Below the pieces are notes generated by a model. The model saw only the letters and a program-made list of their open reading frames with translations, was not told where the DNA came from and did no database searches. Of a stretch of DNA of 15,826 nucleotides, positions 1 to 8,204 are shown piece after piece. The first letter of the stretch is position 1, and each line of letters starts with the position of its first letter. The position numbers and the translations under genes are program-made. This stretch comes from Candidatus Thorarchaeota archaeon (GTDB lineage: Archaea > Asgardarchaeota > Thorarchaeia > Thorarchaeales > Thorarchaeaceae), in the NCBI GenBank assembly GCA_048882485.1, contig JBHLRP010000067.1, positions 1 through 15,826 of the forward strand, written 5' to 3'.

Positions 1-1282
1 CCATAGCATTCCTCATGATACTAATAATCGTATCCAAGTCACTCTCTGAATGAGATGCAGATACTCCGTGACAGAACAAATGCGATGGCCAAAAGTATAC
101 TCCCTGTTCAAGCATTGATTGTTGAAACTTGATGTATTTTGCTGCATCAATTCTAAATGTGGATCGATAATCGGCAACAGGAGAATCCGTGAAGTATACC
201 TGGAAGTTGCCTCCTAGCCCTTGGACTCTTGCTTGGATCTTCTTTGCCTCTGCAATCTCACCAAAGCTGTCAATCAATCCTTGGGATGCATCATTTAGCT
301 TCTCTTGGACCTTTCCGGTGGACAAAATGTCAAGAGTTGCATTTGCTGCCGCCACTGCAGTCTGACTGCCATTGTAGGTTCCCCCATACATGACTCTGCC
401 TTCCACTGGGTCTATCAAACTCATTACATCTCTAGAACCCACAATTGCACTCAAGGGAAATCCATTGGCAATTGCTTTGGCGAACACACTGAGATCTGGA
501 ACTACATCGTAATACTGTTGCGCTCCACCTGGAGCCACTCTAAAGCCTGTTCTCACTTCGTCAAAGATCAACAAGACACCGTTGTCCTCAGTTATTTCCC
601 TGATAGCTTTAAGGTACCCCTCCTTGGGAAGAGCGCATCCAATGTTGAACATTATTGGTTCGATTATTAGAGCAGCTACTTGCCCTCGATTTTCCTTTAG
701 AGTTCGTTCTGCGGCATGCTCGTCATTGAATGGAATGACTAATGTGTCCACTGAGTGCAAACCTCCAGAATCAGGAACTGAGTTAGGCGATGTTTCAGGT
801 CCCGCCAAACTGAGGGGAGGACTGTGGCTGACCAGGACGTCATCATACCAGCCATTATAGGCACCTTCGACCTTTACGATCCGATGCCTTCCGGTGAATG
901 CTCTGGCCATCTGGATGCCATGCATTACGGCTTCAGTGCCAGTATTTGACAGTCTTACCGATTCTGCTGAGGGGACCATCTCTGCTAATTTTTCACAGAC
1001 CTGAATGCTACTTTCTGTTTCTAATCCGACAGTCAGACCTGTTTCTAGCTGCTGTTTCACAGCTTCAACCACTTTGGGATGTCCATGGCCGAGAATACAA
1101 GGCCCAAAGCCCACAACGCAGTCAATGTACTCGTTCCCATCAATGTCCCAGACCTTGGAACCATCTGCTTTGGAGAAGTATATTGGGTGAGGATACATGT
1201 GCTTGAAATTGGTCTGCACGCCCCCAATCGTCAGGTCCTTGGCTGTATTATAGAGTCCTTTCGATTTTGATAAGTTCTTCAT
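1..1282 (-). CDS. Class-III PLP aminotransferase, glutamate-1-semialdehyde aminomutase (GSAM)-like; 3' end truncated by the window edge
   Basis: Absent from the ORF track; translated by hand in segments. ATG at 1282 after a GGAG SD (1291-1294). MKNLSKSKGLYNTAKDLTIGGVQTNFK...ADGSKVWDIDGNEYIDCVVGFGPCILGHGHP...VRLSNTGTEAVMHGIQMARAFTG...EGAYNGWYD...LLIFDEVRTGFRVAPGGAQQYYDVVPDLSVFAKAIANGFPLSAIVG (PLP Lys)...YGGTYNG...GVSASHSESDLDTIISIMRNAM, which reaches position 2 in the same frame (~427 codons). Confidence 0.9.
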   Translation of the reverse strand, partial: MKNLSKSKGLYNTAKDLTIGGVQTNFKHMYPHPIYFSKADGSKVWDIDGNEYIDCVVGFGPCILGHGHPKVVEAVKQQLETGLTVGLETESSIQVCEKLAEMVPSAESVRLSNTGTEAVMHGIQMARAFTGRHRIVKVEGAYNGWYDDVLVSHSPPLSLAGPETSPNSVPDSGGLHSVDTLVIPFNDEHAAERTLKENRGQVAALIIEPIMFNIGCALPKEGYLKAIREITEDNGVLLIFDEVRTGFRVAPGGAQQYYDVVPDLSVFAKAIANGFPLSAIVGSRDVMSLIDPVEGRVMYGGTYNGSQTAVAAANATLDILSTGKVQEKLNDASQGLIDSFGEIAEAKKIQARVQGLGGNFQVYFTDSPVADYRSTFRIDAAKYIKFQQSMLEQGVYFWPSHLFCHGVSASHSESDLDTIISIMRNAM

Positions 1283-1475
1283 AATAATATCTCCAAAAAC
1301 TGTTTCATAATGACGGTTCTAGAGGCACAGCAGCACTTTGAGTATTGTGTTTGGCGTGCCTAGAAATATGCCATTACCCTAGAGATTCATCAAGTGACAT
1401 GAATCCTCGCACCGATTGCGGCGCATAAATATACGAAAGATCTTAGAGCCGTTGATGATGACCCAGAATTGATTA

Positions 1476-4001
1476 CTACGCCTGAATTGGGTACTTTCTT
1501 CGTTCCCTAACTAGAGCCAAGACAATCAATGCTATTGTAGCCAAGCCGCCAAACCCCATGAGGATTATGATTGTGGGATCAGCGTAGCTCTCTTTCTGCA
1601 CGATGATCAGGACGGAATCACTTGCTGAGTTACCAGTAAAATCATAGACAGTTAGCTCGTACTCATAGGTTCCTATGACCTCACAGTCATGGAGAACTTC
1701 GATTTGTGAACCATTCCATTCATTCACATCCACCAAGGTTCCATTTCGATGAACTGTAAAGAGAGATGGATGGTAGCTCTTGGGATTCCAGATGATGGGC
1801 TGCAAGTCATCACCTGCCAAGCAAGCCAAATCAGCTGGCGAATCCATAACAGGTCGCATCATGAATGCGATTTCGTTCTCCCAAAGCTCAGTTGAGTCGC
1901 TATACGTTGAGTCATCTTGGTCGTTGGTCAATTGATCAATTGAGAATCCGTTATAGATCGTTTGGCTACCGTTGCCCAAAATCATGACAGCATTGCCAGT
2001 TTGCTCATTCATGGAGAGCCCTCCCAAAGCCAACCCACCATTCAATACTCTGAGCAAATCGCCATTGTCATCAATTGCGGACATTGGTGTGAAGTTGGCT
2101 GCACGATATTGATTTGGAAGATTGAATACAGGATGTGTCGTTTCCCAAATCCACAGAGGAGCAGTATCATTCAAGTTTGAGGAGTACTCAAATCCAAGCT
2201 TTCCCCAGAGACGATGAAGTGGAAGGTCATCCACTGCCACATAGGACATAATCAAGTGACCTCCTGTATCAATATACGATGCAAGATCACCAAGATGAAT
2301 GCCTAATAGCCCGCTATTCGGCACATCAATAATCACCAAGTCCCAGATTCCGGACTTTAGTGACAGTGCCATATAATTGATGGAAGTATGAAGCTGATAG
2401 GGTAGACCTAGGTCATTGAGAGCTAGAGCCACGGCTGATCCTTGACCATGGCTTTCCAACGCATCCAGATTTTGAAATAGCAATATTCTGGCTTGAGCAG
2501 CATTCAGCCAATTGATAGCATTGACTGCAAACCTTGCATTGTCATTTTCAGGAAGAAGTCCATTATCAAAGATATTCATGTCTCCAGAAAGAATAGCACG
2601 ACCTCTTCCAAAATCATGTCCAGCGACAACTGTGTTGCGATTTTCTTCCCACATAGATTCAGTATCTCCCCATATGGACTCGCTGATGATTAGGTGGTTT
2701 CTATCACCTACAGATAATGCTGTGGTGGAATCAGTTGCGGGCTGGAGAATGGGAGTTAGAATAGTATTGTTCAAGATGTCTGCAGTTCCCAGCCTCATGA
2801 AAAAGCCGTCGAAGAACCGATTGAGATAGATATAACCATCACCTCCAAGACCTGCTCTATCGCCCAGAACAAGAAGGCTGCCGCCCGCCTCCACCCATTC
2901 GAGAACGGCATCAATCTCTGACTGGTCGAAATCCAAATTAGGCCAAGTCAAAATGAGAACGTTGTATTCTGAAAGACGCTCAAGTGTGAGATTCCCATTA
3001 GGAGATGGATACAGTTTGTCAAAGACGTAAGTATGATTCACTATGAGATTTCTTAACTGGGAGAAGCTGTGAATGGGGGTATGGGTCGCTACGTATTTCT
3101 CATCCCAAGGATCCACGGCATATTGCGGCATGTGTGAAAGATCGAAGACAAGTCGCCCCGCGGCTCTGGGTGTGAGCCATTTGATTGAATCTATAATGAT
3201 ATTCTCAAAGTCCGAAGGAATAGATAGGCCATCGCCTGGGAGCTGCACAACACGCCCACCTCGAAGGGAATTGTCTACTGCAAAACCAGTTATCAAATTA
3301 GGTGCTGTCAGATTACTCAGCATCAATGTGATATCCTTGGCAATAGTTGACCCATTAAGTACGTCCCACGAAACTGTAGCCCAGTCAGCTGTTCGTTCGG
3401 AAATCACATCCCCTATATGATGAAACGTCATTGTTGGATGGCGTGCAGTCACATTCTGGGTGTCTGATTGAAAATAGTTCCATGCAATTCCGAAAGGATC
3501 ATAGTCGATTCCCGGGAAAATTATTCCTTCGTACCAGAGAAAACTAATAGCCCCGTTAAAGCTGAGAAGGCCGCCACCACCCAGCCAGAACTCTTTCACA
3601 AGCTTAGTAATCCTCTCTCGGGGAATGTTGTTGACCATGATAAAGACATCATAGTCAGCTGTAGCTAGTTTATGACTGAGGATGTCATTGGCTGTAAGCT
3701 TTGAAACACTATGGCCTATACTCGCGAGGATGCCAATAATCTCATCAAGATTGTTGGATAGCCCAGTTGCTTCCGAGTTCATCGGTGATGTCGTGTTAGA
3801 CTCATCATATATCGCCACTTTGAGTTCGCGAGGTATGGACTGCATTGGCATAAGGGGTGAAGGGGACGAATTTCCAGTTCTCTTCGCAGGTAAATTCCTA
3901 TGAGAAAACCCTAGCTCCGTGGATGTTGAATAGACAATAAGTGGACTAGCCAGGAGTATTAGAGCCAGAAAGAGAGGTAAGACATGTTTCAGACTCTGCA
4001 C
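1476..4001 (-). CDS. Membrane-anchored cell-surface protein: signal peptide, three tandem class-I GATase-like (DUF4350/GIFT/ThuA-like) domains, Ig-like domain, C-terminal TM helix
   Basis: 841-aa ORF with GTG start. Hydrophobic N-terminus (VLPLFLALILLASPLIV). Repeated 'YDV.I...P....EI..V..W/F...GG.LL' and 'N.I.WL' motifs. Ig-like 'IIWNP...FTVHRNGT...WNG...GTYEYELTVYDFTGNSASDSV'. TM 'IIILMGFGGLATIALIVLALV' followed by RERRK. Many N-x-S/T sequons. Confidence 0.8.
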   Translation of the reverse strand: MQSLKHVLPLFLALILLASPLIVYSTSTELGFSHRNLPAKRTGNSSPSPLMPMQSIPRELKVAIYDESNTTSPMNSEATGLSNNLDEIIGILASIGHSVSKLTANDILSHKLATADYDVFIMVNNIPRERITKLVKEFWLGGGGLLSFNGAISFLWYEGIIFPGIDYDPFGIAWNYFQSDTQNVTARHPTMTFHHIGDVISERTADWATVSWDVLNGSTIAKDITLMLSNLTAPNLITGFAVDNSLRGGRVVQLPGDGLSIPSDFENIIIDSIKWLTPRAAGRLVFDLSHMPQYAVDPWDEKYVATHTPIHSFSQLRNLIVNHTYVFDKLYPSPNGNLTLERLSEYNVLILTWPNLDFDQSEIDAVLEWVEAGGSLLVLGDRAGLGGDGYIYLNRFFDGFFMRLGTADILNNTILTPILQPATDSTTALSVGDRNHLIISESIWGDTESMWEENRNTVVAGHDFGRGRAILSGDMNIFDNGLLPENDNARFAVNAINWLNAAQARILLFQNLDALESHGQGSAVALALNDLGLPYQLHTSINYMALSLKSGIWDLVIIDVPNSGLLGIHLGDLASYIDTGGHLIMSYVAVDDLPLHRLWGKLGFEYSSNLNDTAPLWIWETTHPVFNLPNQYRAANFTPMSAIDDNGDLLRVLNGGLALGGLSMNEQTGNAVMILGNGSQTIYNGFSIDQLTNDQDDSTYSDSTELWENEIAFMMRPVMDSPADLACLAGDDLQPIIWNPKSYHPSLFTVHRNGTLVDVNEWNGSQIEVLHDCEVIGTYEYELTVYDFTGNSASDSVLIIVQKESYADPTIIILMGFGGLATIALIVLALVRERRKYPIQA

Positions 4002-4025
4002 CTCTCAAATTTGGGAACTTTTCGG

Positions 4026-4034
4026 TTTAATAAA
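4026..4034 (-). promoter_or_regulatory. Archaeal TATA box (TTTATTAAA) for a probably leaderless transcript of the 841-aa gene
   Basis: Minus strand reads aaggcaTTTATTAAAccgaaaagttcccaaatttgagagGTG; the box ends ~25 nt before the GTG, typical archaeal TATA-to-TSS spacing. Confidence 0.5.
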
Positions 4035-4039
4035 TGCCT

Positions 4040-5422
4040 TTACTTGGCAGCCTCAACCTCTTTGACAGATTCAATGAAGATCTCTAGTCCGGCTTCTGCA
4101 AGCTCTCTCGTTAGTACAACAGGAGGTAGAAACCGGACGACGTTGGAGAAATGGCCGCCTGTTTCGGTTATCAGTCCCTTCTGATAGCATGCTCTCTGAA
4201 CTTCATCGACAATTTCCGGCCATGGTTTCTTGCTTTTCTTGTCCTTCACGAATTCGATTCCTATCATCAAGCCCCTTCCGCGGGCATCTCCAATGAATTT
4301 GCACTCGTCCTGTAGTTCCTTCAGTCGTGGCAGGAAGACCTCTTCCCCCAGTCTAGCGGCATGATTCCATAGTCTGTGTTTCTTAATGAACCTCAAGGTT
4401 GCTACACCAGCTGCTAACGCGACCACATTGCCCCTGAATGTTCCCACATGAGTTCCCTTCGTCCAAGTATCAAGTTTCTTGTCGAAGACTATTACCGACA
4501 GAGGAAGACCGCCACCAATTCCCTTTGATATAGTCATGATATCAGGGGTGACACCTGAATGCTGGAGAGCCCACATCTTGCCAGTTCTACACATTCCAGC
4601 TTGAATCTCATCGATAATGAGGGGGATGGAATAGTCACTTGAGATTCTCCTGACCTCTTTGATATATTCGGCAGGAGCTGGAATTGATCCTCCCTCACCT
4701 TGAACGGCTTCTATGATAATACCTGCTGGATTAACTACTCCTGACCCGGGATCTTCCAAAATATGTTCAAGATATTTCGCGCATTCAAGACTGCAATCCG
4801 GATATTCCTTTCCAAAAGCACATCGATAGCAGTACGCATAAGGTACGAAATGCACTTCAGGAATCATTGGCATGATAGCCTTCTTGAATCTTTTATTCGC
4901 TGTCAATGTCACAGCGCCAGCTGTCATTCCATGATAGGCACCTTCAAAGGAAATCATGCCTACTCTCCCTGTATTGAACTTCGCTAGCTTCATTGCTGAC
5001 TCTACGGCATCAGAGCCTGTTGGAGCAACAAAGAATATCTTGGAACTGTCTCGCATCTTCTTAGGAAGGACTGACTGTATTTCATCTACGAGTTCCATCC
5101 TGATTGGTGATGGAAAATCGAGATTGTGAGTCAGTTTTTCCATCTGACTCTTAGCTGCTTCGACGACTTCCGGATTACAGTGCCCTATATTGAGCACTCC
5201 TGCGCCTGCAAAGAAATCGATGTAGATATTGTCATCCACATCTTTCAGAGTTGCACCCCTTCCTTCTTTGAAAGCTACTGGAATAGCATTTGGATAAGAA
5301 ACAGCAGCAGTTTCCACATTGACCTGCTTCTTCCGCATTTCTTTAGACTGAGGCCCAGGTGGCTTTTTGACAATCACCGGCGCTTTAGCAAAATGAAGGT
5401 TTCTCAAGTCCTCATCAGACAT
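4040..5422 (-). CDS. Class-III aminotransferase, 4-aminobutyrate / 2,4-diaminobutyrate aminotransferase-like; candidate beta-alanine transaminase (PydD-like role)
   Basis: 460 aa. YIDFFAGAGVLNIGH, PTGSDAVESAMKLAK, FEGAYHGMT, EAVQGEGG, IIDEIQAGMCRTG, PDIMTISKGIGGG (PLP Lys), HVGTFRGN, GRGLMIGIE, VRFLPP. GGAG SD upstream. Confidence 0.9.
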   Translation of the reverse strand: MSDEDLRNLHFAKAPVIVKKPPGPQSKEMRKKQVNVETAAVSYPNAIPVAFKEGRGATLKDVDDNIYIDFFAGAGVLNIGHCNPEVVEAAKSQMEKLTHNLDFPSPIRMELVDEIQSVLPKKMRDSSKIFFVAPTGSDAVESAMKLAKFNTGRVGMISFEGAYHGMTAGAVTLTANKRFKKAIMPMIPEVHFVPYAYCYRCAFGKEYPDCSLECAKYLEHILEDPGSGVVNPAGIIIEAVQGEGGSIPAPAEYIKEVRRISSDYSIPLIIDEIQAGMCRTGKMWALQHSGVTPDIMTISKGIGGGLPLSVIVFDKKLDTWTKGTHVGTFRGNVVALAAGVATLRFIKKHRLWNHAARLGEEVFLPRLKELQDECKFIGDARGRGLMIGIEFVKDKKSKKPWPEIVDEVQRACYQKGLITETGGHFSNVVRFLPPVVLTRELAEAGLEIFIESVKEVEAAK

Positions 5423-5446
5423 GCTGCCTACATCTCCATCGAAGCT

Positions 5447-6811
5447 CTAATTTCCTTCGGGTTCACGGTGAATATACTGACCAATTCCTGATTTTCCGAC
5501 TAATTCACCATCTTCTACGATAATATTGCCTCTGACCATTGTAAAGGTAGGCCAACCGAAAAGATCCATTCCTTCGTAGGTGCTGAAATCTCCAACAGAT
5601 GGCAATATCTCAGGCTTGAAGCGAATGCTTTTGTCGAGGTCTATAACAGCAAGATCAGCATCAAAGCCAACTTTCAAATCGCCCTTCCTTGGGTAGAGTC
5701 CAAAGACCTTTGCAGTATTGTAGCTGCACACCTCAACCACCTTCTCGAGATTGATCCTCCCTTTCTTCACTCCTTCAGTGATCATGATGGGAAGAATCAG
5801 ACCCATACCTGGAAAGCCTGGTGGCGCATTCCAAATATCTTCGCCCTTGTTCTCTCTAGTTATCGGTGCATGATCACTCCCGATGCAATCAATCGTACCA
5901 TTTCCCACTCCCCACCACAGCGTTTCGATGCTTTTCTTTCCTCTTAGGGGAGGTGCCACTTTGCCAAGAACTCCCAGGTCCATGTCATTTGTGAGCGTGA
6001 GATGGTGAGGTGTAGCTTCTGCAAAAATGGGCATGGACCTCTTTAGTCTGTGAATCGCTTCAACAGATTCCCCTGTGCTGACATGCACAACATATAGTGG
6101 AGACCCAACAAATCGGGCGATGGAAGCGGCGCGTACAACATTTTCCTCTTCGCAGAAATTCGGACGAGCTTCAGACCAGGCGGCAAGGTCTCTTCGGCCG
6201 TCCTCTATTAGCTTGGCCTTGAGCCTGTATGCGATTTCTACATTCTCCGCATGAATCAGGGGCAGTCCGGGATAGCCTATCTTTCCAATTTTGCGGAATC
6301 CTTCATAGAGAAGCCCATCATCTGCAGCTGTAATTCCAATCTGCTCTCCTTCCTCTCCTCGGTATGCCATGAAGAATTTGAATGAAGTCGTTCCATCGCG
6401 GACATAGTCATCTAACTCAGCCAAGTGCGTTTCAGACATTACTGCAAAATGAAATGCAAAATCTATGAGGGAATTCTCTTCAGCCATTCGTTTGTGATCA
6501 GCAAAGATCTTCGAATATGACCCTTTGTCAATCAAATGATGCATTACTGAGGTAATCCCACCCAATGCTGCAGCCTCGGTTTCAGTCCGACAATCCTGAT
6601 TGAAAGGAAAATATGATCCGAAATGGACGTGGGGGTCTATTGCTCCCGGCAAGACGAAGTTTCCCTTGCAGTCAATCACCCTATCAGCCTCCGGCAGCTT
6701 TGAGTCCGAGGCTACTACAACGACCTTTCCATCATCGATACCAAGCCCTGCCGAAACTACCTCGTTGCTTGAAACTATCCGACAGTTCTTGACAACAGTA
6801 TCAACACGCAT
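5447..6811 (-). CDS. hydA: Dihydropyrimidinase/hydantoinase-like cyclic amidohydrolase
   Basis: 454 aa. Binuclear metal ligands: PGAIDPHVH, SFKFFMAY (carboxylated Lys, hydantoinase-style), IHAEN, YVVHVST, GSDHAP. C-terminal PRKG..VGFDADL. Lacks the HxHxR motif of dihydroorotases. Confidence 0.8.
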   Translation of the reverse strand: MRVDTVVKNCRIVSSNEVVSAGLGIDDGKVVVVASDSKLPEADRVIDCKGNFVLPGAIDPHVHFGSYFPFNQDCRTETEAAALGGITSVMHHLIDKGSYSKIFADHKRMAEENSLIDFAFHFAVMSETHLAELDDYVRDGTTSFKFFMAYRGEEGEQIGITAADDGLLYEGFRKIGKIGYPGLPLIHAENVEIAYRLKAKLIEDGRRDLAAWSEARPNFCEEENVVRAASIARFVGSPLYVVHVSTGESVEAIHRLKRSMPIFAEATPHHLTLTNDMDLGVLGKVAPPLRGKKSIETLWWGVGNGTIDCIGSDHAPITRENKGEDIWNAPPGFPGMGLILPIMITEGVKKGRINLEKVVEVCSYNTAKVFGLYPRKGDLKVGFDADLAVIDLDKSIRFKPEILPSVGDFSTYEGMDLFGWPTFTMVRGNIIVEDGELVGKSGIGQYIHREPEGN

Positions 6812-6831
6812 CTCAATTCACTCTAAATCAG

Positions 6832-6849
6832 ATGTAAACTGCTTTACAT
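6832..6849. promoter_or_regulatory. Perfect 7-bp inverted repeat (ATGTAAA-ctgc-TTTACAT), candidate operator in the divergent hydA/preA promoter region
   Basis: Read directly from the sequence; overlaps a minus-strand TATA-like box TTTATGTA (6845-6852) about 34 nt upstream of the hydA ATG. Confidence 0.45.
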
Positions 6850-6946
6850 AAATCTAGCCATATGTTGTGTTTGATTTCTCACCAAAATGGCGCACTTTGA
6901 ATACACTTAATACTCTCGTAAACAAGTCAGGGATTTGTGATGTTCC

Positions 6947-8149
6947 ATGTCTGATTTATCAGTTAAATACGCAGGACTTGAAATGGATAGCCCCTATATC
7001 ATAGGATCAGGACCCATCTCGACGGACTTGAATACCATTGAAGAAGATAGAGCCAGGAAGATTGTGAAGAAAGTTGCTGATGCTGGTTGGGCTGGAATAG
7101 CCTTGAAGACGGTTGTCCATTATGAATCTGCGGAGAGGGCAGGACCGTACCTATGGAGCCCACATAATAAGATGCTGCCAGCTTCATTGCAGAATCTTGG
7201 ACCCTGGGAAACCAAAATCTCTGAAGAGAGGTTAAAGAAAAACATTCGTATAGCAAAGGAAGCGGGGCTTCTTGTTTTTGGCAATGTCTTAGGCACCTCT
7301 AAGGATGAATGGGACTCTTTGTGTAGAGCTATGGAGGAATGCGAAGCAGATGCGGTGGAACTGAATGTTTCGTGCCCACACGCTGGTCATGAGCTTCCTC
7401 TGATTGGTCAGGACCCTTCCTTTCTTGACGAAACCATTAGAATTGCTAAGAAGGCGTGTAGCATCCCGGTAATTCCCAAGCTGCCTGCGATTATCCATGA
7501 TATAGCTGCAGTGGCTAATGCAGGGCAAGCAGCTGGAGCAGATGCCATTGCGGCTATAAACACTGTTCCCGGGCTAATTGGTATAGACATTGAAACAGGC
7601 ATACCAATTCATCGTGATATCAGCAACAATGCCAGGTATAGCGGAATATCAGGACCGTTGATTAAGCCAATTGGTTTGGGATATGTAGCACAAATGGCTC
7701 GATTGATTGATATCCCCATATCCGGGATTGGAGGTATTAAGGACTGGAAGGATGCAGTGGAATATATCATGGTAGGAGCGACTGCAGTCCAAATCTGTAC
7801 AGAAGCAATGATGCAGGGATTTGATATGGGAATTGCACTTGTGAGTAGGCTTAGAGGCTTCCTAGATGACAAGGGGTATCAACGCCTTGATGAAATCCGG
7901 GGTCTTTCTCTGAAATACATCAAGACATCTATGGAAGAGATGGAAACATCCGCCAAAGCAGTTTCAGTAATCGATCCATCATTATGTACAGGATGTGAAG
8001 CATGTGTGACGGCGTGCGCAGATGCAGTAGTCGAAGCTATCCATATGGAAGAGGACATCGCGGTTGTAGACTCGAAAATATGTGTTGGCTGCGGGCTATG
8101 TGGAGTTGTCTGCCCCGTAGACGCGGTAAGCTTCATCAAAGAGGGCTAG
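6947..8149 (+). CDS. preA: Dihydropyrimidine dehydrogenase PreA-like subunit (DHODH-like FMN barrel + 2x[4Fe-4S] ferredoxin domain)
   Basis: 400 aa. GSGP, ALKT, VELNVSCPH (catalytic Cys), PKL, AINT, SGISG..IKPI, GIGGI, VQIC. C-terminal CTGCEACVTAC and CVGCGLCGVVCP. Confidence 0.85.
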   Translation: MSDLSVKYAGLEMDSPYIIGSGPISTDLNTIEEDRARKIVKKVADAGWAGIALKTVVHYESAERAGPYLWSPHNKMLPASLQNLGPWETKISEERLKKNIRIAKEAGLLVFGNVLGTSKDEWDSLCRAMEECEADAVELNVSCPHAGHELPLIGQDPSFLDETIRIAKKACSIPVIPKLPAIIHDIAAVANAGQAAGADAIAAINTVPGLIGIDIETGIPIHRDISNNARYSGISGPLIKPIGLGYVAQMARLIDIPISGIGGIKDWKDAVEYIMVGATAVQICTEAMMQGFDMGIALVSRLRGFLDDKGYQRLDEIRGLSLKYIKTSMEEMETSAKAVSVIDPSLCTGCEACVTACADAVVEAIHMEEDIAVVDSKICVGCGLCGVVCPVDAVSFIKEG

Positions 8150-8204
8150 CGTAAGTCGTGGAGAGCCCTCTGAAGCTCAACTCATCACTCAGATTCTGAT
8201 AGAC

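Noticed and set aside
305-1270. Short plus-strand ORFs in the track (305..670, 582..860, 898..1206, 1005..1190, 1079..1270)
   Set aside because: Antisense shadows of the unlisted minus-strand aminotransferase (1..1282); no recognisable motifs.
1-1282. Calling this gene hemL
   Set aside because: HemL signature segments are substituted and there is no tetrapyrrole context in the window.
5420-5449. hydA TAG stop is in frame with the downstream aminotransferase ATG through 8 sense codons (possible amber read-through fusion)
   Set aside because: In-frame placement occurs about one time in three by chance, the downstream gene has its own GGAG SD, and TAG ends 5 of the 10 complete genes here, which argues against amber recoding.
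5447-8149. Reading the amidohydrolase and FMN enzyme as pyrC and pyrD
   Set aside because: The hydrolase lacks the HxHxR carboxylate-binding motif; the FMN enzyme has a PreA-type SCPH loop and ferredoxin tail; no pyrK/E/F nearby.
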